Shown here piece by piece: positions 48,375 through 57,702 of a DNA stretch of 64,000 bases (position 1 is its first letter; each line of letters starts with the position of its first letter). The position numbers were made by a program, and so were the translations under genes. Source of the DNA: Candidatus Cryptobacteroides sp. (GTDB lineage Bacteria; Bacteroidota; Bacteroidia; Bacteroidales; UBA932); assembly GCA_051870395.1 (NCBI GenBank), contig JBJEBV010000102.1, forward strand, positions 17,271 to 81,270, in the 5' to 3' direction. The notes below the pieces were generated by a model. It searched no databases, had not been told where the DNA came from, and was given only the letters and a program-made list of their open reading frames with translations.

Positions 48375-49076
48375 ATGAAAGTTTTGATAAGCGGCTACGG
48401 CCGTATGGGAAAAATGGTCGAGGGGGTTCTCAGGGAGAGGGGAATTGAATGTGCAGGGTGGAGCGAGGACATCGCCTCGGTGGACAGGGAACTTGCACGC
48501 GAATGCGTATGCGTGGACTTCACGGTTCCGGAGGCCTTCAGGGCCAACTACAAGTTCATCGCGGAAAATTTCAAGGCTGCCGTCATCGGGACGACAGGCT
48601 GGTATGATATCAGGGAGGAGGTCTCCGACTATTTCCGCAAATGCGGGACTCCGATGATATGGGCCTCCAACTATTCCGTGGGGGTCAATGTGCTCTCCGC
48701 CGCAGTTGACATCGCATCAAGGCTTCTTGCGAAGGCAGGCGGATACGCCCCTTACATAGTGGAAAAGCATCATTGTCATAAACTGGACGCCCCAAGCGGC
48801 ACCGCCAAGACATTGGCAGCCTGCGTGGATGCCAATATGGGCCTGCATGCAGATGTGGCCTCGGTCCGCGTGGGAGAGCTTGCCGGCATCCATACCGTAG
48901 GCTTCGAGGGAAGCTGCGACAGGCTCACTTTCGAGCACGAGGCATTCTCGAGACAGGGCTTCGCTGAAGGTGCGGTAGTCGCTGCCGGAATGGCGCAAGA
49001 GATCGCGGAGAAAGCCGCAGCCGGGGAGAATGTTGAACTGGTCAATGATTTCAAGGATTTGTTTTTAGGCTTATGA
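48375..49076 (+). CDS. dapB: 4-hydroxy-tetrahydrodipicolinate reductase
   Basis: GYGRMG, GTTG, EKHHCHKLDAPSGTA. Confidence 0.95.
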   Translation: MKVLISGYGRMGKMVEGVLRERGIECAGWSEDIASVDRELARECVCVDFTVPEAFRANYKFIAENFKAAVIGTTGWYDIREEVSDYFRKCGTPMIWASNYSVGVNVLSAAVDIASRLLAKAGGYAPYIVEKHHCHKLDAPSGTAKTLAACVDANMGLHADVASVRVGELAGIHTVGFEGSCDRLTFEHEAFSRQGFAEGAVVAAGMAQEIAEKAAAGENVELVNDFKDLFLGL

Positions 49077-49948
49077 GAAGAGAGTACAGAGGTCTCGGAA
49101 CGGCACTCGTAACCCCGTTCAGGGACGGTAAGGTGGATTATGATGCCTTCAGGGCACTTGTCAGGAGACAGGTCGAGGCCGGGGTAGATTTCCTGGTCCC
49201 GCTCGGATCCACTGCGGAAACCCCTTGCCTCGAAGATGAGGAGAAGGTCAATATTTTGAAAATCACAAAGGAAGAGAGCAATGGACTTCCGATAGTGGCC
49301 GGAGTCGGCTCCAATTCCCCGGCTGCCACGATACGCAACATGCGGCTGCTCGACCCTTTCGGGGCGGATGCCTACCTCGTGGTCGTGCCATTCTACAATA
49401 AGCCGGAACAGGAGGGTATCTATCAGTATTTCAAGACAATAGCAGAGGCTACCGACAGGGATGTCATCCTCTACAATGTACCCGGACGTACCGGTACCAA
49501 TATGAAGACCTCGACTGTCCTCCGTCTGGCGCAGATTCCGAATATCCGTGCTGTCAAGGAGGCATCGGGCAATGTGACCCAGATTATCGATATCCGCAGG
49601 CAGGCTCCGGAGGAATTCACTGTCCTGAGCGGCAATGACGACCAGACCCTGCCACTGATGGCTTCCGGCTGCGACGGTGTCATCAGTGTTGCGTCCAATG
49701 TGGCACCTTCACAGATGAAGGCCCTGGCGGATGCCGCAGCGACCAGGGACATGGAGAAAGCCGTGGCTCTGAACAATGAACTCATGCCTCTCTATCATGC
49801 CTGCTTCGTCGAAAGCAATCCTATCCCGGTCAAGGCAGCCCTTTCAATAATGGGCTTCTGCACCCCTGAGATGCGTCTTCCGCTAACTGAGGCCGTGCAA
49901 TCGACCAGGGATCTCCTCGCCGGCATTGTGGGCAGTTATTCCAAATAG
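49073..49948 (+). CDS. dapA: 4-hydroxy-tetrahydrodipicolinate synthase
   Basis: [40 protein letters not shown]. Confidence 0.96.
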   Translation: MRREYRGLGTALVTPFRDGKVDYDAFRALVRRQVEAGVDFLVPLGSTAETPCLEDEEKVNILKITKEESNGLPIVAGVGSNSPAATIRNMRLLDPFGADAYLVVVPFYNKPEQEGIYQYFKTIAEATDRDVILYNVPGRTGTNMKTSTVLRLAQIPNIRAVKEASGNVTQIIDIRRQAPEEFTVLSGNDDQTLPLMASGCDGVISVASNVAPSQMKALADAAATRDMEKAVALNNELMPLYHACFVESNPIPVKAALSIMGFCTPEMRLPLTEAVQSTRDLLAGIVGSYSK

Positions 49949-49956
49949 AAATCATT

Positions 49957-50730
49957 ATGAACAGCGAAATGAATGAATTCCTCAAGGTCTGTCAGGACCT
50001 CGAGGCCGGAAAGATAAGAGTTGCAGAGAAAACGGACGGGGAATGGAAGGTCAACTCCTGGATCAAGGAGATGATACTCACCGGTTTCCGTCTCGGAAAG
50101 CTGACCGATATGTCGGAGGGCGGATTGTCCTTCATTGACAAGGACACCATACCTGCAAGGCGTTTCACCGTGGAGGACAGGGTACGTATCGTCCCTGGCG
50201 GAAGTTCTGTCAGGAGGGGAGCCTATCTGGCCCCTTCCGTGATCATGATGCCTCCTGCCTATGTCAATATAGGAGCCTACGTGGACGAGGGCTCAATGAT
50301 TGATTCCCACGCACTTGTGGGTTCCTGTGCCCAGGTCGGCAAGAACGTCCACATTGCGGCTGCCGCCCAGATAGGCGGAGTGCTTGAGCCGGTCGGCGCA
50401 TTGCCTGTGATCATTGAGGACAATGTCTTCATCGGAGGCAATTGCGGAGTGTATGAAGGAGTTCTCGTGAAGGAGAGGGCAGTGCTTGGCTCAGGCGTGA
50501 TAATCAACAAATCCACAGCTCTTTACGATGCCGTGAACGGATGCTGGATACGCCCTGATGCGGATGGCAGGATGGTGGTTCCGGAAGGTGCCGTCGTCGT
50601 GGCCGGAAGCAGGCCTGTGACCAAGGGCCCGGGAGCCGAGGCCGGCATTCATCTCTATACTCCTGTGATCGTGAAGTACAGGGATGGCAAGACAGATGCC
50701 TCCACCGTGCTTGAAGACTTGTTGAGATAG
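49957..50730 (+). CDS. dapD: Tetrahydrodipicolinate N-succinyltransferase
   Basis: [41 protein letters not shown]. Confidence 0.93.
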   Translation: MNSEMNEFLKVCQDLEAGKIRVAEKTDGEWKVNSWIKEMILTGFRLGKLTDMSEGGLSFIDKDTIPARRFTVEDRVRIVPGGSSVRRGAYLAPSVIMMPPAYVNIGAYVDEGSMIDSHALVGSCAQVGKNVHIAAAAQIGGVLEPVGALPVIIEDNVFIGGNCGVYEGVLVKERAVLGSGVIINKSTALYDAVNGCWIRPDADGRMVVPEGAVVVAGSRPVTKGPGAEAGIHLYTPVIVKYRDGKTDASTVLEDLLR

Positions 50731-50733
50731 TCT

Positions 50734-51960
50734 ATGGATTACGGAAAATTCTTTTCAAAGGATACGGAAGCCTTCGTGGGATCCCCGACCAGGGAGATTT
50801 TCAAGAAGGTGGATATCAACAGCATATATTCCCTCTCCGGAGGATATCCGTCTCCCGACGCCCTGCCGGTGGAATCGATGGGCGAGACAATGAGGGAAGT
50901 GCTGGCAAAATATGGCCCGAAGGCATTCCAATATGGTGGTACACAGGGAGTCACAGAACTAAGGGAGGCGATTTCGGCCCGTTTCGGGGAGCCTCTCGAA
51001 AGGATTCAGATAACCACTTCCTCGCAGCAGGGCATTGATGTCTGCGCCAGGGTCTTCCTGGACCCGGGCGATGTCGTGTTGACCTCCAATCCTACTTATC
51101 TGGGCGCTCTCCAGTCATTCAAGTCCTACAGGGCTGAGATGGTGGGAGTGGCCAGACGGACTGACATTGAGGAGTTCAGGGCGGCCTACGAGGCGGCCAT
51201 AGCCGGCATCAAGTCTTCCGGGAAACGGCTGAAACTGATGTATATGATTCCGGATTTCCAGAATCCGTCAGGGGAGACATTGACATTGGAGGAGAGGAAG
51301 GTGCTTGCGCAACTCGCTGACAGGCACGACTTCATCATCATTGAGGACTGCCCGTACAAGGAACTCAGGTACGAGGGCGAACCGGTTGATTCCATCTATT
51401 CCCTCGCTCCGGACAGGACCATACACCTTGGCTCATTCTCCAAGATAATGTGTCCGGGCCTCAGGCTCGGCTGGATGTTCGGTCATCCCGACCTGCTGCA
51501 TCAGGTCTATCTCTGCAAGCAGTCCCTGGACCTCTGCCCGCCGGTATTCGACCAGTATCTTGCGGCCGAGTTCCTGACTTCCGGCAGGCTGGATGCCAAC
51601 CTGAAGAAAAGCATTGAATCATACAGGGAAAAGCGGGACATAATGCTTGAGGAACTTGAGAAGAATATGCCTGAGGGAGTGAGCTGGACCCATCCTGAAG
51701 GTGGTCTCTTTCTTTTCCTGACCCTGCCGGAGGGTTTCGACTCGATGGCATTCTACGACACGGCCCTTTCTGCCGGGGTTGCCTACGTGGCCGGCAATAT
51801 GTTCTTCACCGATTTCGTGGAGGCGATTCACAAGGGAGGAAGCCGCACCGGGCTCAATACGATGAGGCTGAACTTCTCGTTTATGACTCCGGACAGGCTC
51901 AGGGAGGGCGTGCGCCTTCTCTGCAGGATAGTCTCGGAAAAGCTTGCCGCATCCCGCTGA
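50734..51960 (+). CDS. PLP-dependent aminotransferase (2-aminoadipate transaminase LysN-like), probable DapC role
   Basis: SLSGGYP, PTYLGALQ, PDFQNPSG, GSFSKIMCPGLRLGW, PEGGLF; lies between dapD and dapF. Confidence 0.8.
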   Translation: MDYGKFFSKDTEAFVGSPTREIFKKVDINSIYSLSGGYPSPDALPVESMGETMREVLAKYGPKAFQYGGTQGVTELREAISARFGEPLERIQITTSSQQGIDVCARVFLDPGDVVLTSNPTYLGALQSFKSYRAEMVGVARRTDIEEFRAAYEAAIAGIKSSGKRLKLMYMIPDFQNPSGETLTLEERKVLAQLADRHDFIIIEDCPYKELRYEGEPVDSIYSLAPDRTIHLGSFSKIMCPGLRLGWMFGHPDLLHQVYLCKQSLDLCPPVFDQYLAAEFLTSGRLDANLKKSIESYREKRDIMLEELEKNMPEGVSWTHPEGGLFLFLTLPEGFDSMAFYDTALSAGVAYVAGNMFFTDFVEAIHKGGSRTGLNTMRLNFSFMTPDRLREGVRLLCRIVSEKLAASR

Positions 51961-51994
51961 TAACCACATTATTGTACCAAAACATTGATGACCG

Positions 51995-52891
51995 ATGAAA
52001 TTCTATAAGTATCACGGGGCCGGCAATGACTTTCTCATTGCCGACGGAAGAGGTGCTTCGATTGACCTCAGTGCGGAGCGTATTTCCTCATTGTGCGACC
52101 GCCACACCGGATTCGGGGCGGACGGCCTGATGGTGCTTGAGGAGAGCGAAGACTATGACTTCCGTATGCGCTATTACAATTCCGACGGCTCCGGCGGCAT
52201 GATGTGCGGCAACGGGGGCAGGTGCATTGTGGCCTTCGCTGCGGATCTCGGTTACAAGAGATTCCGTTTCGAGGCACCTGACGGCCCGCACGAGGCGGAA
52301 CTTCTCTCCGGCGAGGCGGCGGCTTTCACCAATGCGGCGAGGATTGTCCGTCTGGGAATGAAGAATGTCAGCGGGGCAAAGCCTTATTATGGGGACAGGT
52401 CCTGCGACTGGTTCCTCGACACAGGTACAAGGCATCTGGTAAGATTCGTGGAAGATATTGACAAACTGGATGTTGTAGGGGAGGGCCGCCCGCTGAGGCA
52501 TGATCCGAGGTTCGCCCCGGTGGGGGTCAATGTGAACTTCGTGAAGGTCAATACGCCCAGGGACATTGTCGTGCGCACATACGAGAAGGGGGTCGAGGAC
52601 GAGACCCTGGCCTGCGGAACAGGCATCACCGCCTCTGCCATGGCCTCTTGGATAGCCTATCGTGTTGCAGTCAGCCGTGCAGACTCCTCTGCCGGTTACA
52701 ATCGCTCGGGAGAACCGGTTGTAGTCAAGGAGCCGAAGCCTGTCGTCTGCTCTGTACGGGCCCGTATTGCCGAACTCAATGTGACCTTCACCCCATCACT
52801 GATTCTCCGTCCCGGCGAAAAACCGGAATTTTCAGCCGTGGATGTATTCCTCACCGGGCCGGCTGTATTCGTGGGCACCGCGGAATGTTGA
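51995..52891 (+). CDS. dapF: Diaminopimelate epimerase
   Basis: KYHGAGNDF, GADGL, MCGNGGRC, RTYEKGVEDETLACGTG. Confidence 0.95.
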   Translation: MKFYKYHGAGNDFLIADGRGASIDLSAERISSLCDRHTGFGADGLMVLEESEDYDFRMRYYNSDGSGGMMCGNGGRCIVAFAADLGYKRFRFEAPDGPHEAELLSGEAAAFTNAARIVRLGMKNVSGAKPYYGDRSCDWFLDTGTRHLVRFVEDIDKLDVVGEGRPLRHDPRFAPVGVNVNFVKVNTPRDIVVRTYEKGVEDETLACGTGITASAMASWIAYRVAVSRADSSAGYNRSGEPVVVKEPKPVVCSVRARIAELNVTFTPSLILRPGEKPEFSAVDVFLTGPAVFVGTAEC

Positions 52892-52923
52892 ATCCGCATT
52901 TCCGGTCAGCAGCAAGAAATAGA

Positions 52924-52961
52924 GAGGGTGACTGTCAGTCTTACGGCTTTCAGTCACCCTC
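52924..52961. terminator. Hairpin between convergent dapF and the orphan fragment
   Basis: Perfect 11-bp inverted repeat GAGGGTGACTG...CAGTCACCCTC. Confidence 0.75.
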
Positions 52962-52985
52962 ATCTTCTATATTACAGTATCGTGA

Positions 52986-53264
52986 TTATTTCGAGGAAAC
53001 AACGATATTGTCGATATACCATCTCGTAACCACCTTTGAGCCAGGTGCCATATCGAGAGGATGGATGGCGATACGCTGTCCCGGAGCCACATTCGGAAGG
53101 CTTACCTTTGCGGACTGCCATTCCATCTTGCCAAGAGGCTGGGAAGTCTTGAGCGTCTCGCTGGTGTAAACTACAGCGTCCCCTTCGAGAACCTCAACCA
53201 CAATATCCACAGGGTCAGTTTCATATACATCATTGGATAGATCAGCATCGGTGGCATTCAGCAC
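52986..53264 (-). pseudogene. Orphan 3' fragment paralogous to the C-terminal module of the 973-aa lipoprotein
   Basis: ETDPVDIVVEV...MEW...RWYIDNIVVSSK* versus EIDPVSLVVVI...FHW...RWHLDNIVVVSK*; no signal peptide; abuts a SusD-derived fragment. Confidence 0.7.
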
Positions 53265-53266
53265 AC

Positions 53267-53325
53267 GACTGCATAGTCAAGGTCAGGATTTCCGGTTGAA
53301 TAAAGCTTGAAAGGACCTTTCTCCA
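53267..53325 (-). repeat. 59-bp direct copy of SusD interior (58717..58775)
   Basis: 58/59 identical; single difference 53303 A versus 58753 G. Confidence 0.95.
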
Positions 53326-53326
53326 C

Positions 53327-53346
53327 CCGTTTCGCCCGGTCGGAAT
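53327..53346. repeat. Imperfect direct repeat, left flank of the ATPase cassette
   Basis: CCGTTTCGCCCGGTCGGAAT versus CCGTTTGCCCGGTCGGGAT at 54653..54671. Confidence 0.75.
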
Positions 53347-53351
53347 AGAAG

Positions 53352-54557
53352 TCAGAAACCGTTTACAAGAAACTCGCGAAGACTTAGATGGATTATTCCC
53401 TCATCGTCAGTTCTTGTCACCATCGGCGTCAAGGATATAACATATTTAGGATAATTATCCTTAATCTTCTTCAGAGCACCGAATTCCCTTTCCCTGGTTT
53501 CCTCCCCGGCTATTAGATATGATGCCTGAGCGTAAACTCGGGAAGTGCCTTTCGTACATACGAAGTCTATCTCACCTGCCTGCAGCTGGCCGACCTGAAC
53601 CTTATACCCATCATGTACAAGCTGCTGATAGATGATATTCTCTATTACTTTCTCAATATCTTTATCACGGCCTACCAGAGTTTGAGTATTGCGTATTCCA
53701 ACATCCTCGAAATAATATTTATCATTGCTCTCCAGCAGTTTTTTGCCCCGAATTTCAAAGCGTTCAACCTTGTGAACTATATATGCGTCACTCAGATACT
53801 TGATATATCTGAGTGCAAGATCAGTAGAAACCGACTCTTTTCGCCCCCTCATGTATTTGCTGATTGAGGTCGCTGAAATCAGCTTTCCTGTATTGTCAGC
53901 AAGGAACTTCACCAGATTATATAGGAAAGGCACATTCCTGACCTTATGCCTAAGGATAATGTCTTTCATCAAAGCGGTATTGAGAACATCTTCACAATAA
54001 GTCCCAAGTCCGTCAATATCAGCCAAATCATATAGCTTTAAACCAGGAAGACCGCCGACGTCAATGAACTTCCGCAGGGACTCATCACTGTCCGTCAAAG
54101 AATGAAACCTGAGGAAATCCAGATAGCATAGAGATTGAACATAAATTTCGTGATGACGACCGCCAAGTTTGGTGGACAGGTCGCCCGACAAGGTTTCCGC
54201 ATTACTTCCAGTGACAACAATTTCCACCCCATTCTCTGTCCTGTAGTTGCGAAGACTATCCTCGAAGTCCTTTATTTCTTGAACCTCATCAATAAGAATA
54301 AAGTTGGTTCTCGTGGAATCTATTCTGGCATCAATGTAATCGTTCAAGTCCGAATCATTCTTTATCTCCTTCCATTCTTTCTTTTCCTTATCTATGAAGA
54401 TTACATTATTCTGCGAATCCGATGAAAGCAGTCTCTTGAGATCCAGCAGAACGAAGCTCTTGCCGACACGTCTTTGACCTGTCAGCACTATTATTGTCTG
54501 TTTTCCGAGATGCCGGCGGATCTCATGTATGTATTCCGGCCGTGATAATATTTCCAT
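53352..54557 (-). CDS. AAA+ ATPase, AAA_14/DUF4143 type
   Basis: GQRRVGKS Walker A, IDEVQ Walker B, VTGSNA, GGLP, KYYFEDVGIRN, EIDFV. Confidence 0.9.
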   Translation of the reverse strand: MEILSRPEYIHEIRRHLGKQTIIVLTGQRRVGKSFVLLDLKRLLSSDSQNNVIFIDKEKKEWKEIKNDSDLNDYIDARIDSTRTNFILIDEVQEIKDFEDSLRNYRTENGVEIVVTGSNAETLSGDLSTKLGGRHHEIYVQSLCYLDFLRFHSLTDSDESLRKFIDVGGLPGLKLYDLADIDGLGTYCEDVLNTALMKDIILRHKVRNVPFLYNLVKFLADNTGKLISATSISKYMRGRKESVSTDLALRYIKYLSDAYIVHKVERFEIRGKKLLESNDKYYFEDVGIRNTQTLVGRDKDIEKVIENIIYQQLVHDGYKVQVGQLQAGEIDFVCTKGTSRVYAQASYLIAGEETREREFGALKKIKDNYPKYVISLTPMVTRTDDEGIIHLSLREFLVNGF

Positions 54558-54572
54558 AGTGCAAAAATAACG

Positions 54573-54598
54573 ATTTTATCGTATATATACGACAAAAT
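54573..54598. promoter_or_regulatory. 26-bp palindrome in the ATPase promoter
   Basis: ATTTT-A-TCGTATATATACGA-C-AAAAT next to minus-strand TATTTTTG (54569-54562). Confidence 0.6.
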
Positions 54599-54652
54599 TA
54601 TCAGAAATCGCAGTTTTATCGCATTACATTACGTTTTCGAGTCAATATGAAA

Positions 54653-54671
54653 CCGTTTGCCCGGTCGGGAT
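54653..54671. repeat. Imperfect direct repeat, right flank of the ATPase cassette
   Basis: Matches 53327..53346 with one indel and one substitution. Confidence 0.75.
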
Positions 54672-54691
54672 GGCAGAGGGCCAAACCAACA

Positions 54692-54721
54692 GAGAAGGGG
54701 CCGGAGAACCGGTCCCTTCTC
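54692..54721 (-). terminator. Terminator of SusCD locus 2
   Basis: GAGAAGGGACCGG-ttct-CCGGCCCCTTCTC on the minus strand, about 40 nt after the lipoprotein stop. Confidence 0.75.
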
Positions 54722-54762
54722 AAATATGCAATGCAATTACACCAATGTGACAGTGTCAATGT

Positions 54763-57684
54763 TTATTTCGATACTACCACAATGTTGTCGAGATGCCAAC
54801 GATAAACGCCCTTGACTTTCCAGTTGTAGCTTCCGTCTTCATTGAGACAAACCGAAGGCACTATGTTGAGTTTGGTATTCGTGCTCGCACCACTAATCTT
54901 GACCGAAGAGTGAGTCCAGTGGAATTCGCCATTGACCTGATCATTGGTAAGAACATCACTTACCTTGGTGCCGTTATCGAATGTTCCGTCGCCGACAATC
55001 ACTACTACCAGACTGACAGGATCAATCTCAAATCCACCCTTTGCATGTGCAAACCAGTCAAAATCAAGCGTTATATCTGATGCGGATGAAAGCGTCTTAC
55101 AAGGCTGGAACTGCAATGATGTCTGATTGTCAGTCTTACTGTGCTTGATATAGTTGGCCTGAGGATAAATAACCTTTGCCGTAGCATTCAGGTCAGTATA
55201 TCCGGCTGCGGCAAGGGCTGCAGGAAAATCATTCTTCAGATTAGCATCGGTATAAGGGTTAGGAGCATTGGCAGCTGGATCCTGTGCTCCCATTGTATCT
55301 CCTATAGTTTTGCCGCTGTTGGCATTGTAATATGCGATGAGCGGTTCGAGCCAGTCAAAGTTGTCAGCAAAGAGCACATCATTACCAAGCTGGTTGATGG
55401 AGACAGTCTTGGTGAAGTCATATCTTTCACTATAGAACACTATCTTGACAATTCTTGTGGCTCCGGTATTGGCAGGAACCGTAACCTTGACATCATAGTC
55501 TCCGGCAACAGCACTCTCTACAGGAGGTGTCACTATATCAGAAGAAATAGTGAAATCCACATTGGTAGAGATATTAACATCAAATGTCAGGCCTTCAGAA
55601 GGGATATAGCCAATCTGATGATAATAGTTCACATCAATCCTAGGTACAAAGTTCTCCTGCTTTACCACAACGACAGCCTCGACATTGCTGGCCTCATTGT
55701 AGAATCGGATATAACCTGTCCTTGTGGCACCTGAGACATTTACATCGAGAGTGAAGCTGTGCTCGCTCTTCTCGACAGAAGCCCTGGTGGAAGGAGTCTC
55801 AACCTCCTTGATCCAGGAGTCGGAAATGGCAACCTGATATTCAACATTGGCCTGAACAGCCACGCTGAACTCGTCACCTTCACCGAGGAGGGCATCAGTA
55901 GGCTTGCTGCATATCACACTGATAAGCGGATCAAGCTGCTGTCCTGCGGCGGACTGAATCACCATGATCTTCTTCTCTGAGAGGCCGGACTTGATGGTAA
56001 TCTCGTCCTTCCTCATTGTACTGAGGTCACTCGGGTCGCAGGATACCACCACGGCGGTAGGCTCGCCTGCAAGGCCCTCGGTAACATCGAGATGCAGCCA
56101 GTTTGCAGTGGTATTCACAGAGAAGTCTGAATCAGAGGTAATGGTAAGGTTCACATCAGTTGGCTCAAGACCTTCGAAGGAAATGACACCATTCTCAGTG
56201 CCTGCGACTTCAATGTTGGCCTCCTTCATACCGGCCAGGGATACAACCTCAACATTGTCAAGGAACCAGCGGTAAAGCTTGCCATCAGTGGCGACAGCTC
56301 CAGTGTAGGTAGTAGGCCTGATGCAGATGCGGGTTCCTGCTGTAGCACCGTTTATGACGATGGTCTCGTTCTTCCAGGTGAAGTCTCCATCTGGTGTGAG
56401 TACTCCGGACTTGGCAGCTCCGTCAATGGTACCGTCACCTTCTACAACGACTTCAAGTTCTACCGCATCGTCAACGTTCTTTCCCCAGTCGAATGAAAGA
56501 CGGAGGTCTGTAGAGCCGTCGATTGCGAAAGCCGGAAGCCTTACACCGTTACAGTTGTTCGTCTTACTGAACTTGAGATAATTACCACCGCAGACATAAA
56601 CGGTCTTGGATGAATAGAACATTGACTCATAGCCCATTTCACCCGTAAACATATCCTCGAATCCTGGAATCGCATAAGCATTTCCGTAGTTTACGGTTTT
56701 CTTGTCGCCCATTGAGTCTCCCGTTGTCCTGCCATTGTCCTTGTCCCACTGGACGAAAGGAGCTACCCAGTCGAAGTTGTCCTTGAAAGGAAGAGCCTTG
56801 CCGATGATAGGGGTGGCGCCATTGTCCACATAGCTTACAAGAGCGATGGCTGCGAGCTTGGAGCTCACACCGATATAGTAACCGGTAATCTCAATATCGT
56901 GCTTGTTGATGCCGTTGATGTCCTGAACCGGATTGTAGATGGCAGCGGACTTCTTGCCATTGATGGTAAGATTGCCGCCTGCACAGGAAGCCAAAGCCTT
57001 GACAAGCTCGACCTTGCCAGGTGCGTAAGACTCCGCTGTCGTCACATCCTTTGCCTCAGGATATACCACATCCTCATTTCCGCTTACCGTAGCCTCGTCA
57101 AGGACAATGCCGATAAGGTCATTGACCTTTGCGACATCTCCGGTGATGGTGAGTTTGTCACCCACCTTCACTGAAGCGGTTCCGCTTACGAAAATATTGG
57201 AAGTTCCGTCGCTGATGACAAAGCCTTTCTTGGTGGTTGCCATCACCTGCGCACCGCCAATCTTGGCGAGGTCACCTTCCTTGAGAGCCACAGCCTCAGT
57301 GACGGTGATTGGAGACATAGTGCGGAAACGGTCCATTTTCTGCTTCACAACAACTTCAACATCGCTGATTGTGGAAGCTCCCTTGATGATAAGCTTGGCC
57401 TCACGTGCCTCGTCACCGGTATTCTCCTCAGCCTCGATGACGACATCCATAGTACCCTCACCTGAGTTAGGGGTAACTGAGAGCCATTCCTCTGTCACAT
57501 CGACAAGCCATGTACCATCAGCATAGACGGTAAAGGTCTTCTCGCAGGCCGCTGCCGGGAGAACAACTTCATCATCTCCCGGAAGAATAGCCCTAGACTC
57601 TTTGATTTCTTCCTCGGCGCACCCTGCAAGAGCCATCATGACTGCTCCAAAAGCGGCCGCGATTGAATATTTGGAAATTTTCAT
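54763..57684 (-). CDS. Large surface lipoprotein with several BACON-like domains and two copies of an uncharacterised module
   Basis: Lipobox ALAGC-AEEE; WLVDVTEEWLSVTP...NTGDEAREA BACON pattern; repeated DNFDW...RW.LDN..VVS module. Confidence 0.82.
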   Translation of the reverse strand: MKISKYSIAAAFGAVMMALAGCAEEEIKESRAILPGDDEVVLPAAACEKTFTVYADGTWLVDVTEEWLSVTPNSGEGTMDVVIEAEENTGDEAREAKLIIKGASTISDVEVVVKQKMDRFRTMSPITVTEAVALKEGDLAKIGGAQVMATTKKGFVISDGTSNIFVSGTASVKVGDKLTITGDVAKVNDLIGIVLDEATVSGNEDVVYPEAKDVTTAESYAPGKVELVKALASCAGGNLTINGKKSAAIYNPVQDINGINKHDIEITGYYIGVSSKLAAIALVSYVDNGATPIIGKALPFKDNFDWVAPFVQWDKDNGRTTGDSMGDKKTVNYGNAYAIPGFEDMFTGEMGYESMFYSSKTVYVCGGNYLKFSKTNNCNGVRLPAFAIDGSTDLRLSFDWGKNVDDAVELEVVVEGDGTIDGAAKSGVLTPDGDFTWKNETIVINGATAGTRICIRPTTYTGAVATDGKLYRWFLDNVEVVSLAGMKEANIEVAGTENGVISFEGLEPTDVNLTITSDSDFSVNTTANWLHLDVTEGLAGEPTAVVVSCDPSDLSTMRKDEITIKSGLSEKKIMVIQSAAGQQLDPLISVICSKPTDALLGEGDEFSVAVQANVEYQVAISDSWIKEVETPSTRASVEKSEHSFTLDVNVSGATRTGYIRFYNEASNVEAVVVVKQENFVPRIDVNYYHQIGYIPSEGLTFDVNISTNVDFTISSDIVTPPVESAVAGDYDVKVTVPANTGATRIVKIVFYSERYDFTKTVSINQLGNDVLFADNFDWLEPLIAYYNANSGKTIGDTMGAQDPAANAPNPYTDANLKNDFPAALAAAGYTDLNATAKVIYPQANYIKHSKTDNQTSLQFQPCKTLSSASDITLDFDWFAHAKGGFEIDPVSLVVVIVGDGTFDNGTKVSDVLTNDQVNGEFHWTHSSVKISGASTNTKLNIVPSVCLNEDGSYNWKVKGVYRWHLDNIVVVSK

Positions 57685-57702
57685 AACGATTCAGTTTAAT
57701 GC

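Noticed and set aside
53267-54671. CRISPR-like repeat-spacer unit
   Set aside because: Only two imperfect repeats 1.3 kb apart, no regular spacing and no cas genes
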